From contig JAKMXF010000310.1 of assembly GCA_024704765.1 (NCBI GenBank), positions 1,044,967-1,108,966 on the forward strand: a stretch of 64,000 nucleotides of DNA. Direction: 5' to 3'. Of this stretch, positions 39,866 through 53,199 are shown piece after piece. The position numbers and the translations under genes were made by a program. Source of the stretch: Oopsacas minuta. Lineage: Eukaryota; Animalia; Porifera. The notes beneath the pieces were generated by a model that searched no databases, was not told the DNA's origin, and was given only the letters and a program-made list of their open reading frames with translations. How positions within the stretch are numbered: position 1 is the first letter of the stretch; each line of letters begins with the position of its first letter.

Positions 39866-41573
39866 TGGGGAATGCATAGGACGAAATACCAAACAAGGAA
39901 AAATGAAGATACTATCCTTGATCCAATATAGCCTTCCTAAAAATTCCAAAAATTTCTTTGTGAAGTTTATATAATAATGTACGAAAAAATCGCCTCTGAC
40001 AAATGATATGAAATTTCACAAACCCAGCGGTCGCAGTTCGTGAGGTTGCCGTTTGCGATTTCTTTTTTCGCGGATAATACTTTTGTCCTGTTTCGTTGTT
40101 CGCGACACATGCTTCGAATATTTCGAAATTTCTTCACATCAGCAGTTTGATGGAGAATTTTGACCAATCTTTTTGAAAATTATTATATTAAATATCTCTA
40201 TCACATATATTGATTATATATCTTCCCAATAGTAAATGTCTCATCCTCCAAATGATTACCTTAATATATTCTAGTTGACCAAATGTTATTGCGTGACAAT
40301 TATCTATAGATTAAGGAACATCTCCTTCAGTCACGTTCTTGTACTCATCATTTTCAAGCCAAGTGAATAATTTCCCAATTCATACAATATTTCCTCTAGC
40401 TTACTTAGTAAGCTCCCTATACATATATTTCGCTTTTTAGAAATACTGCAATCATAAATTGTGATTCATGATTGCAGTATTTTAAGGAGCATTAAATTCT
40501 AAATCTCGACTCCCAATCTCACACTCTGTACGCGACAAATGCTGCTTTTGGAGTATATCGAACAGAATGATTTGTTTTGCCAAGTCAAAACCAGGTGATA
40601 GTGCCCAGAAACATATGGCCAAATCATCTTACATAGACATAATTATGTATATACTATAGCAGGGGTTCCCAACCCGTGGTCGCGAGGTGTTCAAACTGGC
40701 CCCGTAATCTATTTTGTGCTGAATATACAATAGTAATATTCCCATATAGTTTTCACATATATAATCGTGGAATTTGTATCATTTAATTATGTGAATGATA
40801 AGAATTCCAATTTCATCATTCATATAATCAATAGAAGTGGCGAAGCCAACCTTACGCCACCATTGCTGCTAGCGTGGTGCTGTAAGATTGTGTATGGTGC
40901 TAATAAAATTTAATTATGAACATGATTAACTGATAAATACTACCAATAGAGTCTGATCGTTTAAAATGAACTGAAGGATGTATAGAATAGGCATGACTCT
41001 ATTATAGAGATAAAACATTATCATTAAGCATACAAATCTGTTCTTATAGTGCCCATCTGACACTTGAAAATATGAACCACTTCATGCAAATCTAGACCGG
41101 GGTGCTGCTATAATATTTTTCTACTGGTGCTCACTAATTGGATTATCACGTAATAAATTAAAATAATTCCGGAATTTGTGAAGAAAACTAATAAAGAATA
41201 ATGGCGTCACGTTTTACTCAAATTAAACTATAACATTAATGAAATTTTGTCCAAAGAGTCGAAATATCTCATGAATACCATGTGATCGTGATGCATTAGA
41301 AATTATTGGAGAATCTAATCTCAATTCAGTCCCGTGGAATTCAAAAATGGAATCAGAATTGCTCCATGTTAATCGACATTTGTGATAAAACATTTTGATA
41401 ATTATTGAGGTGGGATACAAATCATACAACTGTGCTAAACAACAGAATATTCGTCCAAATCACGTTTAAAGCTTAGATAAATGGTAAGAAAATTTCCTGA
41501 AAATATCAATTTAAAGAAATTAGAATTATTATAAGACGTGATACAGAGTCGAATACATCAGAATAAATATTAC

Positions 41574-41644
41574 CTCCGATCTAGTAGCACGGGTTCTTGT
41601 TCAGGGGATGAGAGATTGAGAGAAAATGTAATATTACGTAACAC
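41574..41644 (-). CDS. Host gene exon C (phase 0->2): VLRNITFSLNLSSPEQEPVLLDR(ag)
   Basis: Acceptor ctctttactttag and donor ag|gtaata; 71 nt. Continues YQT|VLRNITF...EP in frame. Confidence 0.85.
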
Positions 41645-42299
41645 CTAAAGTAAAGAGTTTTCATTTCAAAGGCAAAAGAAGGGTGAGTTATAGTACAATT
41701 AGGTTAGGTGGAATTAAATATGGAGTAAGACAAACATGATTTCATGATCATAATCAAGAAGTAAACATGGGCGTATATGGAAATTACGATAATAAGTTTG
41801 ATGTCTCGTGATGGGTTGAAGTTAGGTCTTGAATCCAAAAAGATATCATAGATTTCATGCTTGGAATTTTAAAGTGAATAAATAGGTATATACAATCAAT
41901 ATTGTTATACGGCCATCGAGGGACGACCAAAAGTGGCAGTGAAACAGTACAGATGTGGTAGTATCAACAGTTAATGACAGTTATATATACCAAAATGAAG
42001 TACTGAGTGATCTTTGCCAGTGATTTTGTTCCATTGGCGCCAAGTTTGGCGTACTTTTAGCAAAACATGCTTCATCCAAGACAACGTTGGCTTGATCGTA
42101 GGATATATAAATAAAGGGGGACCAGTCAACTCGTGCCAATGCGTAGAGGTATTCTCTACCTTCATTGTAGCGAATGTGTTGGGAGTCTTTCCCTTTACGA
42201 AGAAAAATGGATTCATGGATTCATATATACCAGTAGAGTGCTATGGCCCTACATTCTACTGGTATGTGGTTGCGTAATTTTCACAAAATATCAGGGCGA

Positions 42300-42560
42300 G
42301 TTGAACATTCCCTAGCGAGCTTAAGTCACCAGCACTGTCCTTTCACGATGTCAGGAAATACAGCCAGAGCTTGTCGGAGGCAGAGCGTTCCTCAATCAGT
42401 AAGGTTGTTACGCTATTGATGCTGGATTTGGTTCTGCCTTCAAACAATGCTGTTAGCGAAAGGTGATAATGCCAAAAGGAGTCTGAAGACGTATATTCGC
42501 ACTACTATGAAGCAGGAGCGACTAAACACTCCTTTGTATGTCCACAAGGAACACACTGAC
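42300..42560 (+). pseudogene. hAT transposase C-terminal dimerisation-domain remnant
   Basis: LVLPSNNAVSER...LKTYIRTTMKQERLN...VHKE. Confidence 0.75.
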
Positions 42561-45199
42561 TTGTCTTGTGTTTAAGTGGCTAGCTCCTTTATTGGTAATC
42601 CAAAGCACCATCTCTCTGTGTTTGGACACTCTCAATAATCAAAAGTTGTGTGTTTTGTTGTATGCGTGTATGTGTATATAAATTATCCTTCCGAAAGGGC
42701 AGTAGTATCATTAAAATAAATCAAACACGTTTTCAAGATTCAACGCTAGCAATTCAAATTCCTGTTTCAGTATGGACATTATAATATCAAATAGCTTAGG
42801 TTAGCACACCATGTGTTTGTAATACTATATAGCTATACTTCTTGGTGTCAGTGGTGACTCTGGATAATAGTCTAGCCATAGCAAGTCTTAGGGCCTGAAA
42901 ATATAACTGGCGACGTGTAGCGCCATGGTGTAGCCAGCTACCACGATAGTTAATTTTGGCCCGACCAACTAAACATTGCTTCCGCCGGGAATACTAGTTC
43001 AAATTATGCCGTTAGGATATTTGGCATATTGAGGGGTACCTCGACCTGTGATTAAATTTCAACCATGTAATATGTATATTCGGTGAGCAGTGTGGAATAA
43101 TGTGCTTTTTCGAAAGTCCATTAAGGTGGCAATTACGTCATTGGTGGGAGATCCAAAAATTGCCCCCTCCCAAGATAGAGACCGGTTCCTGAAAAGATCG
43201 GCACCTAAGGAGGTGGCATTGGGATGGACAGCTGACCCATAAATAATACAGTGGTAGCTGTTAAAGATGACCTGTAACGAATAATTTGGCCAGGACCAAC
43301 TATAGCTCACACAGAAATGGTCCTGCTAAGCCATTATAGATTGGGCTAGATTTTGTTATAGCAATAGAACTAATTATCAAATAACCTTTTCAACCACTTC
43401 AAAAATGTAAAGAGATACTGGTATAACATGTAGGGGTAGCTAGATTTGAAGCTAATCCAATAATAATCCCTCCAAAGATCTAAGGAAGTAAATTAGACTG
43501 GAGCAACATTTGGACAAGAAATAGAGCTAATAATAGTATAAAGAATGGCTCCACAACTCATTCCAAAACGCGAAAGTGACACTGGCCAGCATATAGAGCT
43601 AGATTTCCAAGCTAATGTTTATAATGTGTCTAGATATCTCTAAAATCTAGTTACAAGACACCTAAAGCCATGTAAAATAAATACTTGTTTCTCAACCGGA
43701 ATTTCTTCGTAAAGTGGGACAAACGGGTGGTATTTTATTTTATTTTATAAGCCAGTAAATGTGCAAAACATTTTGACCCTTGAATTATGTAATCACATTC
43801 TCTCAGCAAACATAAATACTGAATTTTTAAACTATACAAGTAGTAAAATGTGGTTGCACAATCTATGACCAAAGAAATGCCCACAAATTTGGAAAAAATA
43901 CAAATAAAATCTTTCCGGAGGGGAATAATTTGGGGCGGGCGGGGATGAGAAGTCACTATTGAGCCAGTTCCGAACCAAATGAAATTTGGCGTGATAGGCT
44001 ACCAAAGGAACTAGTCAGGGGTGGACTTTATGGGGATGACAATTATAAATTGTACACATGAGGTTTCCGTCAAGTTAAATCAGAGAATCCTCGACCACCA
44101 TGTATCTAAAATTCGGATTATTTAGATAACATGCCTGTCGAGCCCTGCAGAAATTGATAAAACAACTGACTTACTAGAAATAATGAAATTACATAAGCAT
44201 GATAGTAACGCTTACAGTAGATTTTGAACCGGCTTCACGAAACGCTTTAGAAACAATTTTCATTAAGTTCGATCGAATTCCTTGATACAATGGCACTAAC
44301 AATTGGTCAAGGGAGCTTTTATTCAAATATTACCAAGGTATTTGCAGATACAGTTGAAATCGGGATATTTTGTTCAATAGGTTTTTGTCATCAAGGCGGT
44401 GTAAATTAGGCTTGTCAAAGGTCCTACATAGTCAGGTCAGGTCTTTAATATAATATGTGAGGTCAGGTCAGTTCGGGTCTCAAGATTAATCAGGTCATTT
44501 TCGGTGAATTTCAGGTCAATATTAAGTCATCTAACAATAAATTGAACGCAGTTAATTATCCAAATTTCGAAAATTTTCAGAATTTCTAAATACCTGATGC
44601 ATAAAGGGCCCAGATTACTAACCTAAAGCCACCTAAGAGCTCCAGTATTACCACAGAAGGCCATTAAATGGAATTTGGATGGACCATGGATAATAAAAAT
44701 TATAATTCCCAACAAAATTAACAACGAGGAACGTAGTGCCAAGTATATCCCGAATTTTTGAACACCTATCCATAGAAAGGGGGGGGGCCAATCGTCCACT
44801 TAGCCCCCTAAGTCCGCCACTGAAAGAAATTATGCTAGATATATACGAGGCAGGGATGACATGCTCAAAGATTGATAAATATGGTGGGGAATAATAAATA
44901 CAACGACTATTAAGATTTCTTCTGGAGGGGAGTTTGCTCCAGGCACGTAGCTAGAGCAAGAAATTCAGGGGGGCAAGAAGTATTTCGAGATGGCAATTGC
45001 AGGGATAAATATTTTTGAAAAGTTACTTACTTGTGTATAACAAGTACGACCCAGTCTCCTTTTCTTACATGTATAACCTTGTTAATTCATCAAGTGCCAG
45101 ATTACTAAGCTAGGGAGCACTAGACTAGTCTACATTATATAGAATGCCATATAGTAAGAGCATTTATTAAGATACTAAACTCAATTCAGGGATACCATT

Positions 45200-45464
45200 T
45201 GACATTACAAAAGAAAGCGGTGGTGCTTCATCTACTTAAAATGTTCAATCACATCATTATAGCAAAGTGTTTCTGCAATATCTATTCAATAGATAACAGG
45301 GCAATATGGTTGAGACACACAGTGGTCATTTGTGAGCGCAAACTAGTTTTTATTCTCTTAACAGATGAGAACATTCGCTCAACCTTACAAGATGTCTGAG
45401 GGATAGTCACAAGAATTTGGTATAAAACAAGCTTTGAAAACTGAAACACTAAGAGCATCAACAA
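45200..45464 (-). pseudogene. hAT transposase C-terminal dimerisation-domain remnant
   Basis: ORF 45282..45464 ILVTIPQTSCKVERMFSSVKRIKTSLRSQMTTVCLNHIALLSIE, followed by a frameshifted DIAETLCYNDVIEHF tail. Confidence 0.85.
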
Positions 45465-47541
45465 TCAACAATGCATCAACAATCAACAATGCATCAACAA
45501 TGCTTCAATCACTTCTATGGATAGTCTAACTTCTGACAACAATTACTAGCGGTCTGTGATAATTCAATTAAAATTATAGTAGAAATTCAGTACCTATCAA
45601 AATAGAACGAGTTTACTATCAATGAGCGTTACTTCTTGTCTAGTATTAAAACCATCATCGAACGCGAGGTATTAATTTCATAGTTTTGACGATGCAGTTG
45701 AAGTGCATAGGTTATTAACTACAGTGGAGTTCGCTAATAAGCAACTCGGATTTGGATTTTGCAGAAATTTGGTTGCTAATAGGGCAACGAAATTAACATT
45801 ATAATCCCGTTTGGGACCCGAAAGCTGGTTGCTAATAGAGCAATATTGCTAATAAGCTAACTACACTGTATATAAAAACGATAACTTCCAAATGTTACTT
45901 GGGGAGGGGCGAGAAAAACTTTTGGGGGGCGATTACTCCCCTTGCACCCCCCTGTAGCTACGTCCTGGTCTGCTCCATAATGTGCACCTCCTCTCGCTAC
46001 GCCCAACCCAAGCGTAATCAAGCCCGGATAGAGGTATGTTCAGTGTGCAGCTGAACAGGGCCGCCACCTCCAGAGAGGGAGGATCATGGTTAACAAATTT
46101 GATCTCATTGCAATTCCTGTTGTGAGTTTATTAGTCAACATGATGGTAGTCTGACCATATTCTATGGTCTGACTCTCTCATGAGTATTCAGAAATTGTCA
46201 GTACTCGTATACCTGCAAAGTGCAAACCTTAGTGACTTCAATGCCTGGACGGAGCGCAATTTATCCATTGACTTTCACTAAATCCCTGGAAGGTTAGAAG
46301 CCCAAAAATTTGTAGGCTTGCTATGCTCGCTCGTCAAAAGTATCCCTAATCAAATTGTTGGTGGGGAATAATATTGAAATATTATGGACTAATTAAGTAT
46401 AAGAATTTGATGTAACGGGAGTTGATAAGTGTCTAGAAAATCTCTGGAAAAACGGACGTATTAGTAAATAATGGAAAACGACCAGGTTGATAATTATGTA
46501 AAAATGGCTATGAATTATGAATTCTCCAATTGAATTAATTAGAAAAAATTGTGGAAAAATTGTGGAAAAATTGCGGGTATCCAGGAAAATCTGAAAATTT
46601 TTGAATAATTCATTCGAAGCATCAAGAATTATGAATTAGTCCAATTAGATAAACAAATGATTCAATGACCAAGAGATGAGTTATATATTGTTCCAACAAA
46701 ATCTCTCAACGGTTGATAACAAATTCAAAATGTGTTGATTTCCAACCCAAGCCATCAAAATATGAATTTGGTGTCACTCTTTACTTAGGTTATAAATTGT
46801 ATCTAATCTCAATATATTTTGATCGCTTAACTTAGCCAACAAACTCACGATTTTGGTGGCGGTGGCCAATTTGTTGTTAAATTACAGTTTATAATAAATA
46901 TTTTGTACGTACCTATAGTACGTACAAAATAATTTTGCTTCGAAAGACAAAGTGTCAGGGGCCGCTAACCATCTTAATTCGGCCCTGCATATCACCACTC
47001 TAAATGTATATATTATAGACCATAGCATTCCTTACATAAGCCAATTCCGCTCATATACAGTAGGGATAAACTGGTTGATTTATATCGTGAACTACATAAT
47101 ATAGGGACTGGAAATTACAAATATTTCTGGAGAATGGGTAGAGAAGAAGCGAATTGTAGTTGATTGAAGCATATATAACTCATGATATTAGCAAATTAAA
47201 TAATGAACTGAAGTAGAACTGTTATCATATTGAACCAACAATAAGTAAAGTTTGAACTGGGGTAAATCAAAGAATTATGCCCTGTTATAACAGAACAATC
47301 CATTCAATTCAAAATTTCAAGACTTCCTATTACCCAGTCCTAAGAGTTTTACCCCCAGGTGGGAAGCACTGGATTAAATTAATTGATAAATAATTTCCAA
47401 CTATAGGGCAATTATTGTTCATAAGATAAACACGTTTAGTAAAAACTCTATAGTCCATAGTCTATACAGACATTGAAAAGAGATTTTGTAAATATTGCAG
47501 AAAATTTCATGAATTAACAAGTGAGAGCCAAGCTCAGCTAA

Positions 47542-48016
47542 ACTATATTATTAATCCTCAATTATCGTTTGTCTGTTTGTTTGTCTGTTTCTTTGTCCGT
47601 TGTCAGGGAAAGGATTCGCGATATGCAATTTTGAAATTGCCGCATAACTATGTATTTATCGTGTTTATCAAGGAAGTAAATAGAATTCAATAAACATTTA
47701 ATAAATATATCGAACACGCTGAATCCGATTTTTACACTTTTGGATTAATCATAGTAAATTTATAGTTGTTTTTATGAATATAAAGGAAACATATCGCAAA
47801 ATCTCAATATTTACGTAAATACTTGCTCTCAACGGCTACAAAGGGGGTTTATCTTACAAATAATTCAATAATATATATACCATATACGTATATTGTGAAT
47901 TACATTGTTCTATATATATATTTATTATAATGATCAAAGGCAGTCAATTCAAAGAATAAAGGATACCTCGAGGCGAATGCGCCGAGTTCATCGCGAAGCG
48001 ACGAGCTAAAGGCTCG
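47542..48016 (+). mobile_element. Non-autonomous Helitron family H2, near-complete copy
   Basis: 5' (A/T)CTATATTATTAA followed by a (TTTG/TCTG)n tract. GC-rich 3' end TCGCGAAGCGA...GGCTCG|T. Confidence 0.7.
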
Positions 48017-50497
48017 TACGTATAAATATCTGTACAACAATTAAAATTCTTGAAATTTATAGGTGTTAACACACTCGTTCCAGCCTACTTTCCAAGATTT
48101 GAAACCACTATTAGTCATATTGATGGCCAGCATCAAGAGTACAATATTTTGGGGTCTAGGACAAATCCTTGGATAAAAATCGATCAAAATATCACCAATT
48201 GGACCAACGCCGTAGAAAGCAGATTTTGGAATAATCAAGGGTGATCAAATCTCACATATATTTTGAACGATATACACCGTGAAGTTAGAAAATACAAGAT
48301 AGCAGTCGATCGATGGCAGCATTCGTTTGTTATCACCCACAAAGGCCAGCTGTCCAAACAAAGAGGAAAGTATTTCAAACGTATATATAACTTTCTTAAA
48401 TTAAGTTTTAAGCATTTTCATTATGATAGACATTTTCAGCATTAAATTTCCAAGAATTTGATGGCTCATTTTTATCATATTCCGACCACTTTTGAGAATG
48501 GAATGTAGTACATTCCTGCCATGTCAAGGAGAAAACATTTTTTCAAGCATGGGAATGTGGCCCCTATAATCAAGGGAAATTAAATGCTGACTACGAATAT
48601 CTGCATAAAAAACCGATTCAGCTTAAATATGAAGGTGAAGTCAATTACAATTAGGGCATTAGGATAATTCGATTAAAAATCGTACGATCATTATCGAGAA
48701 CATTTTTGAGAATCGGAAGGAGATCGTCGATCCATTTGAAAAAGTGGGATCGGATCGATAACATGCTCAAAAGATGCCGATCCTTCCAAATATCTACATG
48801 AAGTAATATCTCGTTAATACGTACACGAGCGGACCTTCGAAATTTGTACTTCTTAACCGGCGCAAAATCAATTGAAAAACATTGTAGGGACTTGGTTTTG
48901 AGTCACTATTTGTTCGTTTTATCCGGAGATCCGTATTAACCGTGTTCGTACTCAAAGAATGACGTATTTTACTAAATAAATGCTTACTAGACACATATTT
49001 TGACACATTCCTAAAAAATTTCATCATAAATGGTTGATAATTTGTTGCGCCACAAATATGCGATAGATTTATTCGGGGAAAAATGCACCTACTCTACAAT
49101 ATAGAACTCACATAAAATTTGCTCAGTCGGCTAACATATCACTATCCTAAAATGCACAAGTTACTGTTAGGCATTATGTATACTATGCTATGGTTTTGGA
49201 TATTCAAAAGTTATACATGGTAATTAATCTATGGGCTATGCGGGTGAGGGGACGTTAGGAACCTCTGAATAAGATCTTAATTAGAAACTGAAGTAACAAA
49301 GTTCAATTTACGAAAGTATTCTTTTAATTGGTACATCATAACAAATTAAAACAGCTCGTCTCAGTTGCCATGGCGGGGAGTCCAGTTTGAATCTTGCCTC
49401 CCGAAGCTCGCAAAGTATTTCCTTTTGCCCACACGGCCCAAGGGCCGATAAGAAAAGTCGGTCGCCTGTATCTCTTAACTATCAATAGGAGGTATTAGAA
49501 AATACCCTCAATCAGGAGCTATGGTCAGGCCTACACCTTAGCAATAACCTATCAAGGCCTACACATCAGCACACATGAGAGAATTATACAATAGAATATT
49601 GGGAATTCAGAATCTTAGTTTAGGAACGATTCAATGCAACAAATTTCTACTGGACAAATTCAGAATTTTATTCATGATAATATTCCGATTTCTCATACAA
49701 TAAGAGTTCGAAACTGAACTACAGAAGAACTCGTTAATCTGTACACTAAAGGATCGTCGAGAATTGTACCCATTTCGAGTAAGTATTTACCGAAGTACAG
49801 CCAAATTTGTTCAAATTAATTAATACACGCCAGGGTATTTCTACATGAATTAAGAGGGGGTATTTTGCTCCCCCTGAACTATGGTCATGTTATGCAATTA
49901 GCTCCAAATTATGCCTCCCTCTAATTCATGCAACATTGATTAGCCCACCTTGAAAAATTCTCATAAAAAGCCCCTACACGCAGTGATAACTGCGTAGTCG
50001 GAAATTGAGCTCCTTACTGTGTTGTGGATATCACTGAGGCTGAGCGGGAAAATGCTGGGGAATCAAAAATTGTACTCCTTATTCGTGTTCGTATTAAGGA
50101 TGGTATTTGATTAAGGATAGTAAGGATAGTATACGTACTCTAGGGTTTTACGCTTATTTTATTTCTTGGTGGTTATCCAAATTCAAATATAATGTTTTGA
50201 GAATCTAAAATATAATTACTTGTATTATTCGTGTTGGTGTTCGGTTGAGAGGTTAGTTCGTGTTTTAGTTTCTGTCCTTCGTGTTGTGTCGATGTGAAGT
50301 TTGAACACGACGCTCGGTCTACTATGTATGTATGTATCAATATTCCTGTTTAACTAAATTTCAGATGGCAGCTCGGACAGATGTATGGGCAGACTTACGG
50401 ATCGATGCACGTAAGTCGCAAATCATAAATGCTTGTACAAAATAGTAGGAATGTATGATGAAAATAAGATATAAGATAAAGTTGCTATCAAAATTAC

Positions 50498-50541
50498 CGT
50501 TTGATACACTCCAACCGTAGCTTCACCAGATATCTGTAATA
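50498..50541 (-). CDS. Host gene exon B (phase 1->0): (V)LQISGEATVGVYQT
   Basis: Acceptor tctctttatttag and donor acg|gtaatt; 44 nt. Carries the L.I.G.A....Y motif also seen in exon J (VTITGEAGIDDYQ). Confidence 0.85.
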
Positions 50542-51949
50542 CTAAATAAAGAGACAGGAATTAAATCCACATTGTTACACATATACATTAATCAGTTAAT
50601 AACCCTGTTTGGATTGGTTTTTCGGTCATATTCCATCACACGAGGGAAGATACTTGTAGATAATTTTAAAGCGATCACTCGAGGAAAGATAGATAACATA
50701 ATACACTCCCCGGTACTCAACAAGCAACATTCAACTTCACTTAATAGGGACACCGGATAATCGAGAAAACAGCTTAATTGGGACACGTCTCCAGGAACAG
50801 AATCATTTCCATAAAGTTAATACATTCGCAAAAGGTACGGAAAAGTGGAGCTATACAAAAATTCTGACTAACAAAGGCATAATAATAATATTGTAAAAAC
50901 ATGTCCTGCCGATAGACTGGTATTGCAGCTCAGGGTTAGGTATTTTGTTTTTTTCAGAGGAAGCACCCCCCCTACCCTCCGTGTAAATGGCGTAATGCAC
51001 CGGACCCGACTAATTTTAAACTCATGGATCCGATAAATATTTCAGGATATTCAATATTTTTGGTCCCCTAGTGTAATTCATGTTCTCTCCTCAAATCCTA
51101 TGGATGAAATCCGAATAATTGTCCTACAAATTCCCCAGATTAACTTTTGAAACGAAATCTTTAGCATCAATTTGAACCTTTATGATAATAAGGGGTTTAT
51201 TCTATTAAGTGGTCAAATATAAACGGGATCCATTTAAAATTGTTATATATGCATATTCAGCGTAATTTTCATTACGCTGCGATCGTTCTAAGAAAATGTA
51301 ATTTTGATAATTAGCGAAAAATTTGTGTAATATTTCTGTGATAGAATTTTTAGGCCAGCTAAAACCTTACTACAGCAGTACCCAACTATTTTTAACCTAT
51401 GGACTCCCTATACTAATTTACCACATTATGTGGTCCACTGGTGCTGTCCGTCCATGCGCCCCAGGTTGGGAACTGCTGCTACTATTACTATTTCAATAGT
51501 CCTAACCATTATCTATGGAATAATAAGAATAGTAAAAGAAAATCACGAATGTAATTTATATACTCTATGAACCACGGTGGGTCATGCCGTTGCGAATAAG
51601 TACAAAAATTTTCAGTTAATACAACAAAGTTGACTAAATTGAGAAAAATCCGCTGATCGGGTGGAAAACTCCATCAAAAAGAAATAGTGTTAATCTGGGC
51701 AGATTCTAATACACTAGATAGATGGATAAATTTCGACAAATGGCGACAAAATTGGCGCTCAAATGAATATTAAATTTGGTGATAAATTGCAGCATACGAT
51801 CCGCAAATTCAATCTATGTACTCTGGGTGGGAATGAATGCATCATAGAGTGTGAAATTGCTTTAGAGGGCTGCGACCGAAATATAGAGAAACACAGCCGT
51901 TGCTAATCAATGATACTAAAATATTACTTCTAAGGTGAATTTCGGACTA

Positions 51950-52560
51950 CGGTTTATCGGGCAAAAGCCTGGAACCAATGAAATGTACGAGACAGCACGA
52001 AATAATGTACTATGGGTAGGTGCAGTCACCAAGTAAAACCTGGATCGTATAGTGTCGTTTCCAGCAAAGTCCCTATGGTTTAGACGTACAAATGAGATCA
52101 TAGGCGTAACTATTTCTGAAAAATAAGATAAATCTTGCATCTAACCTAAACTGGAGGAAGAAACCTGTCCTTGCAACCTCGAACTCTGGCTTAGCTAACT
52201 CGTCTAACCGAATTCTGTGTTGACAGGTATACTCCGAAACTTTCAGGGCAAATTCAGGCATCAAATGAATTGAACTCTTCTGATGCGTAACAAACCCAGC
52301 CTTTCCTTTTTTGAATGTATTAAACCACATTGCTTGTTTGTCCATGGACCTTTAGAGAAACATATCATATCTACAGTTTTGAGACGATTTTCAAAGGCCA
52401 GATACGAAATTCCGTCTTCACATATTTTTAACCATGAATCTGCCAGAAACTACTCCTTTTTAACGGAGTGACCACTAACAGATTTGGGCATCTTACATGG
52501 TAGTTCCACTGGGAAATTCTGGATTGGACAGGTCGGGACCTGAAGTACCTATATCATAGG
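51950..52560 (-). pseudogene. Decayed hAT transposase N-terminal region (TTF-type Zn finger)
   Basis: GFVTHQKSSIH resembles F..HE.S..H, and MISFVRLNHRDFAGND resembles I.FL..Q.LAFRG.D. Multiple frameshifts. Confidence 0.5.
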
Positions 52561-53199
52561 AAGACTACTGTCTATATTTCATTGGTTCTAGGCCTTTTCG
52601 CGACAAAAATCATTATATAAGGCTGGTTAGTACCAGAATCTCTAGCTCTCTTTTCAGTCATTCAGTTTTACGTAATAAATACACTAAATATTATCAATAA
52701 ATATCAGAAATACTTATTTAATTATTCTTCCACCGGGAGCGTTTCAAGAATCAATTATAATCCAGCAGATTCCGTATAATCCTTAGTAATTTAGAAAATA
52801 GAAGCAAATTATTCAACAATTTGGGTGAATTAATTTCTAACATATCTGAAGAAGATAGTCTTAAATTATGACATGTTATAAATTCAATATTTTCTTCAAC
52901 TTTTTACAGCCAAAATATTTGCTATATTCAAACTTATCCCGGTTCTATTGCCTCAAACTGGAGTGGCGGCCACCCTTGCACCCCTAATAATACACCCATG
53001 AATGATATATATATATACAGAAATTCAACTATTTAGGTATTCGTGAGATGCTATATTTCATATTCATATTTTCAATTTTCAAACATTTTGTCATATACAA
53101 TCACAACAAGATTGCATATTTAGCTAGGGATTGAAATCATTGCTGCATTGGAGAAAAATAGCAGCGGTTAACCGCTTGTATTGATCCAAGTTTAACCAT

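Noticed and set aside
39967-40167. ORF with KKFRNIRSMCR resembling non-LTR retrotransposon sequence
   Set aside because: Too short, with no catalytic motif to support a call.
45455-45503. 18-bp tandem repeat (GCATCAACAATCAACAAT)
   Set aside because: Local slippage at the edge of an hAT remnant; no spacers, so not CRISPR-like.
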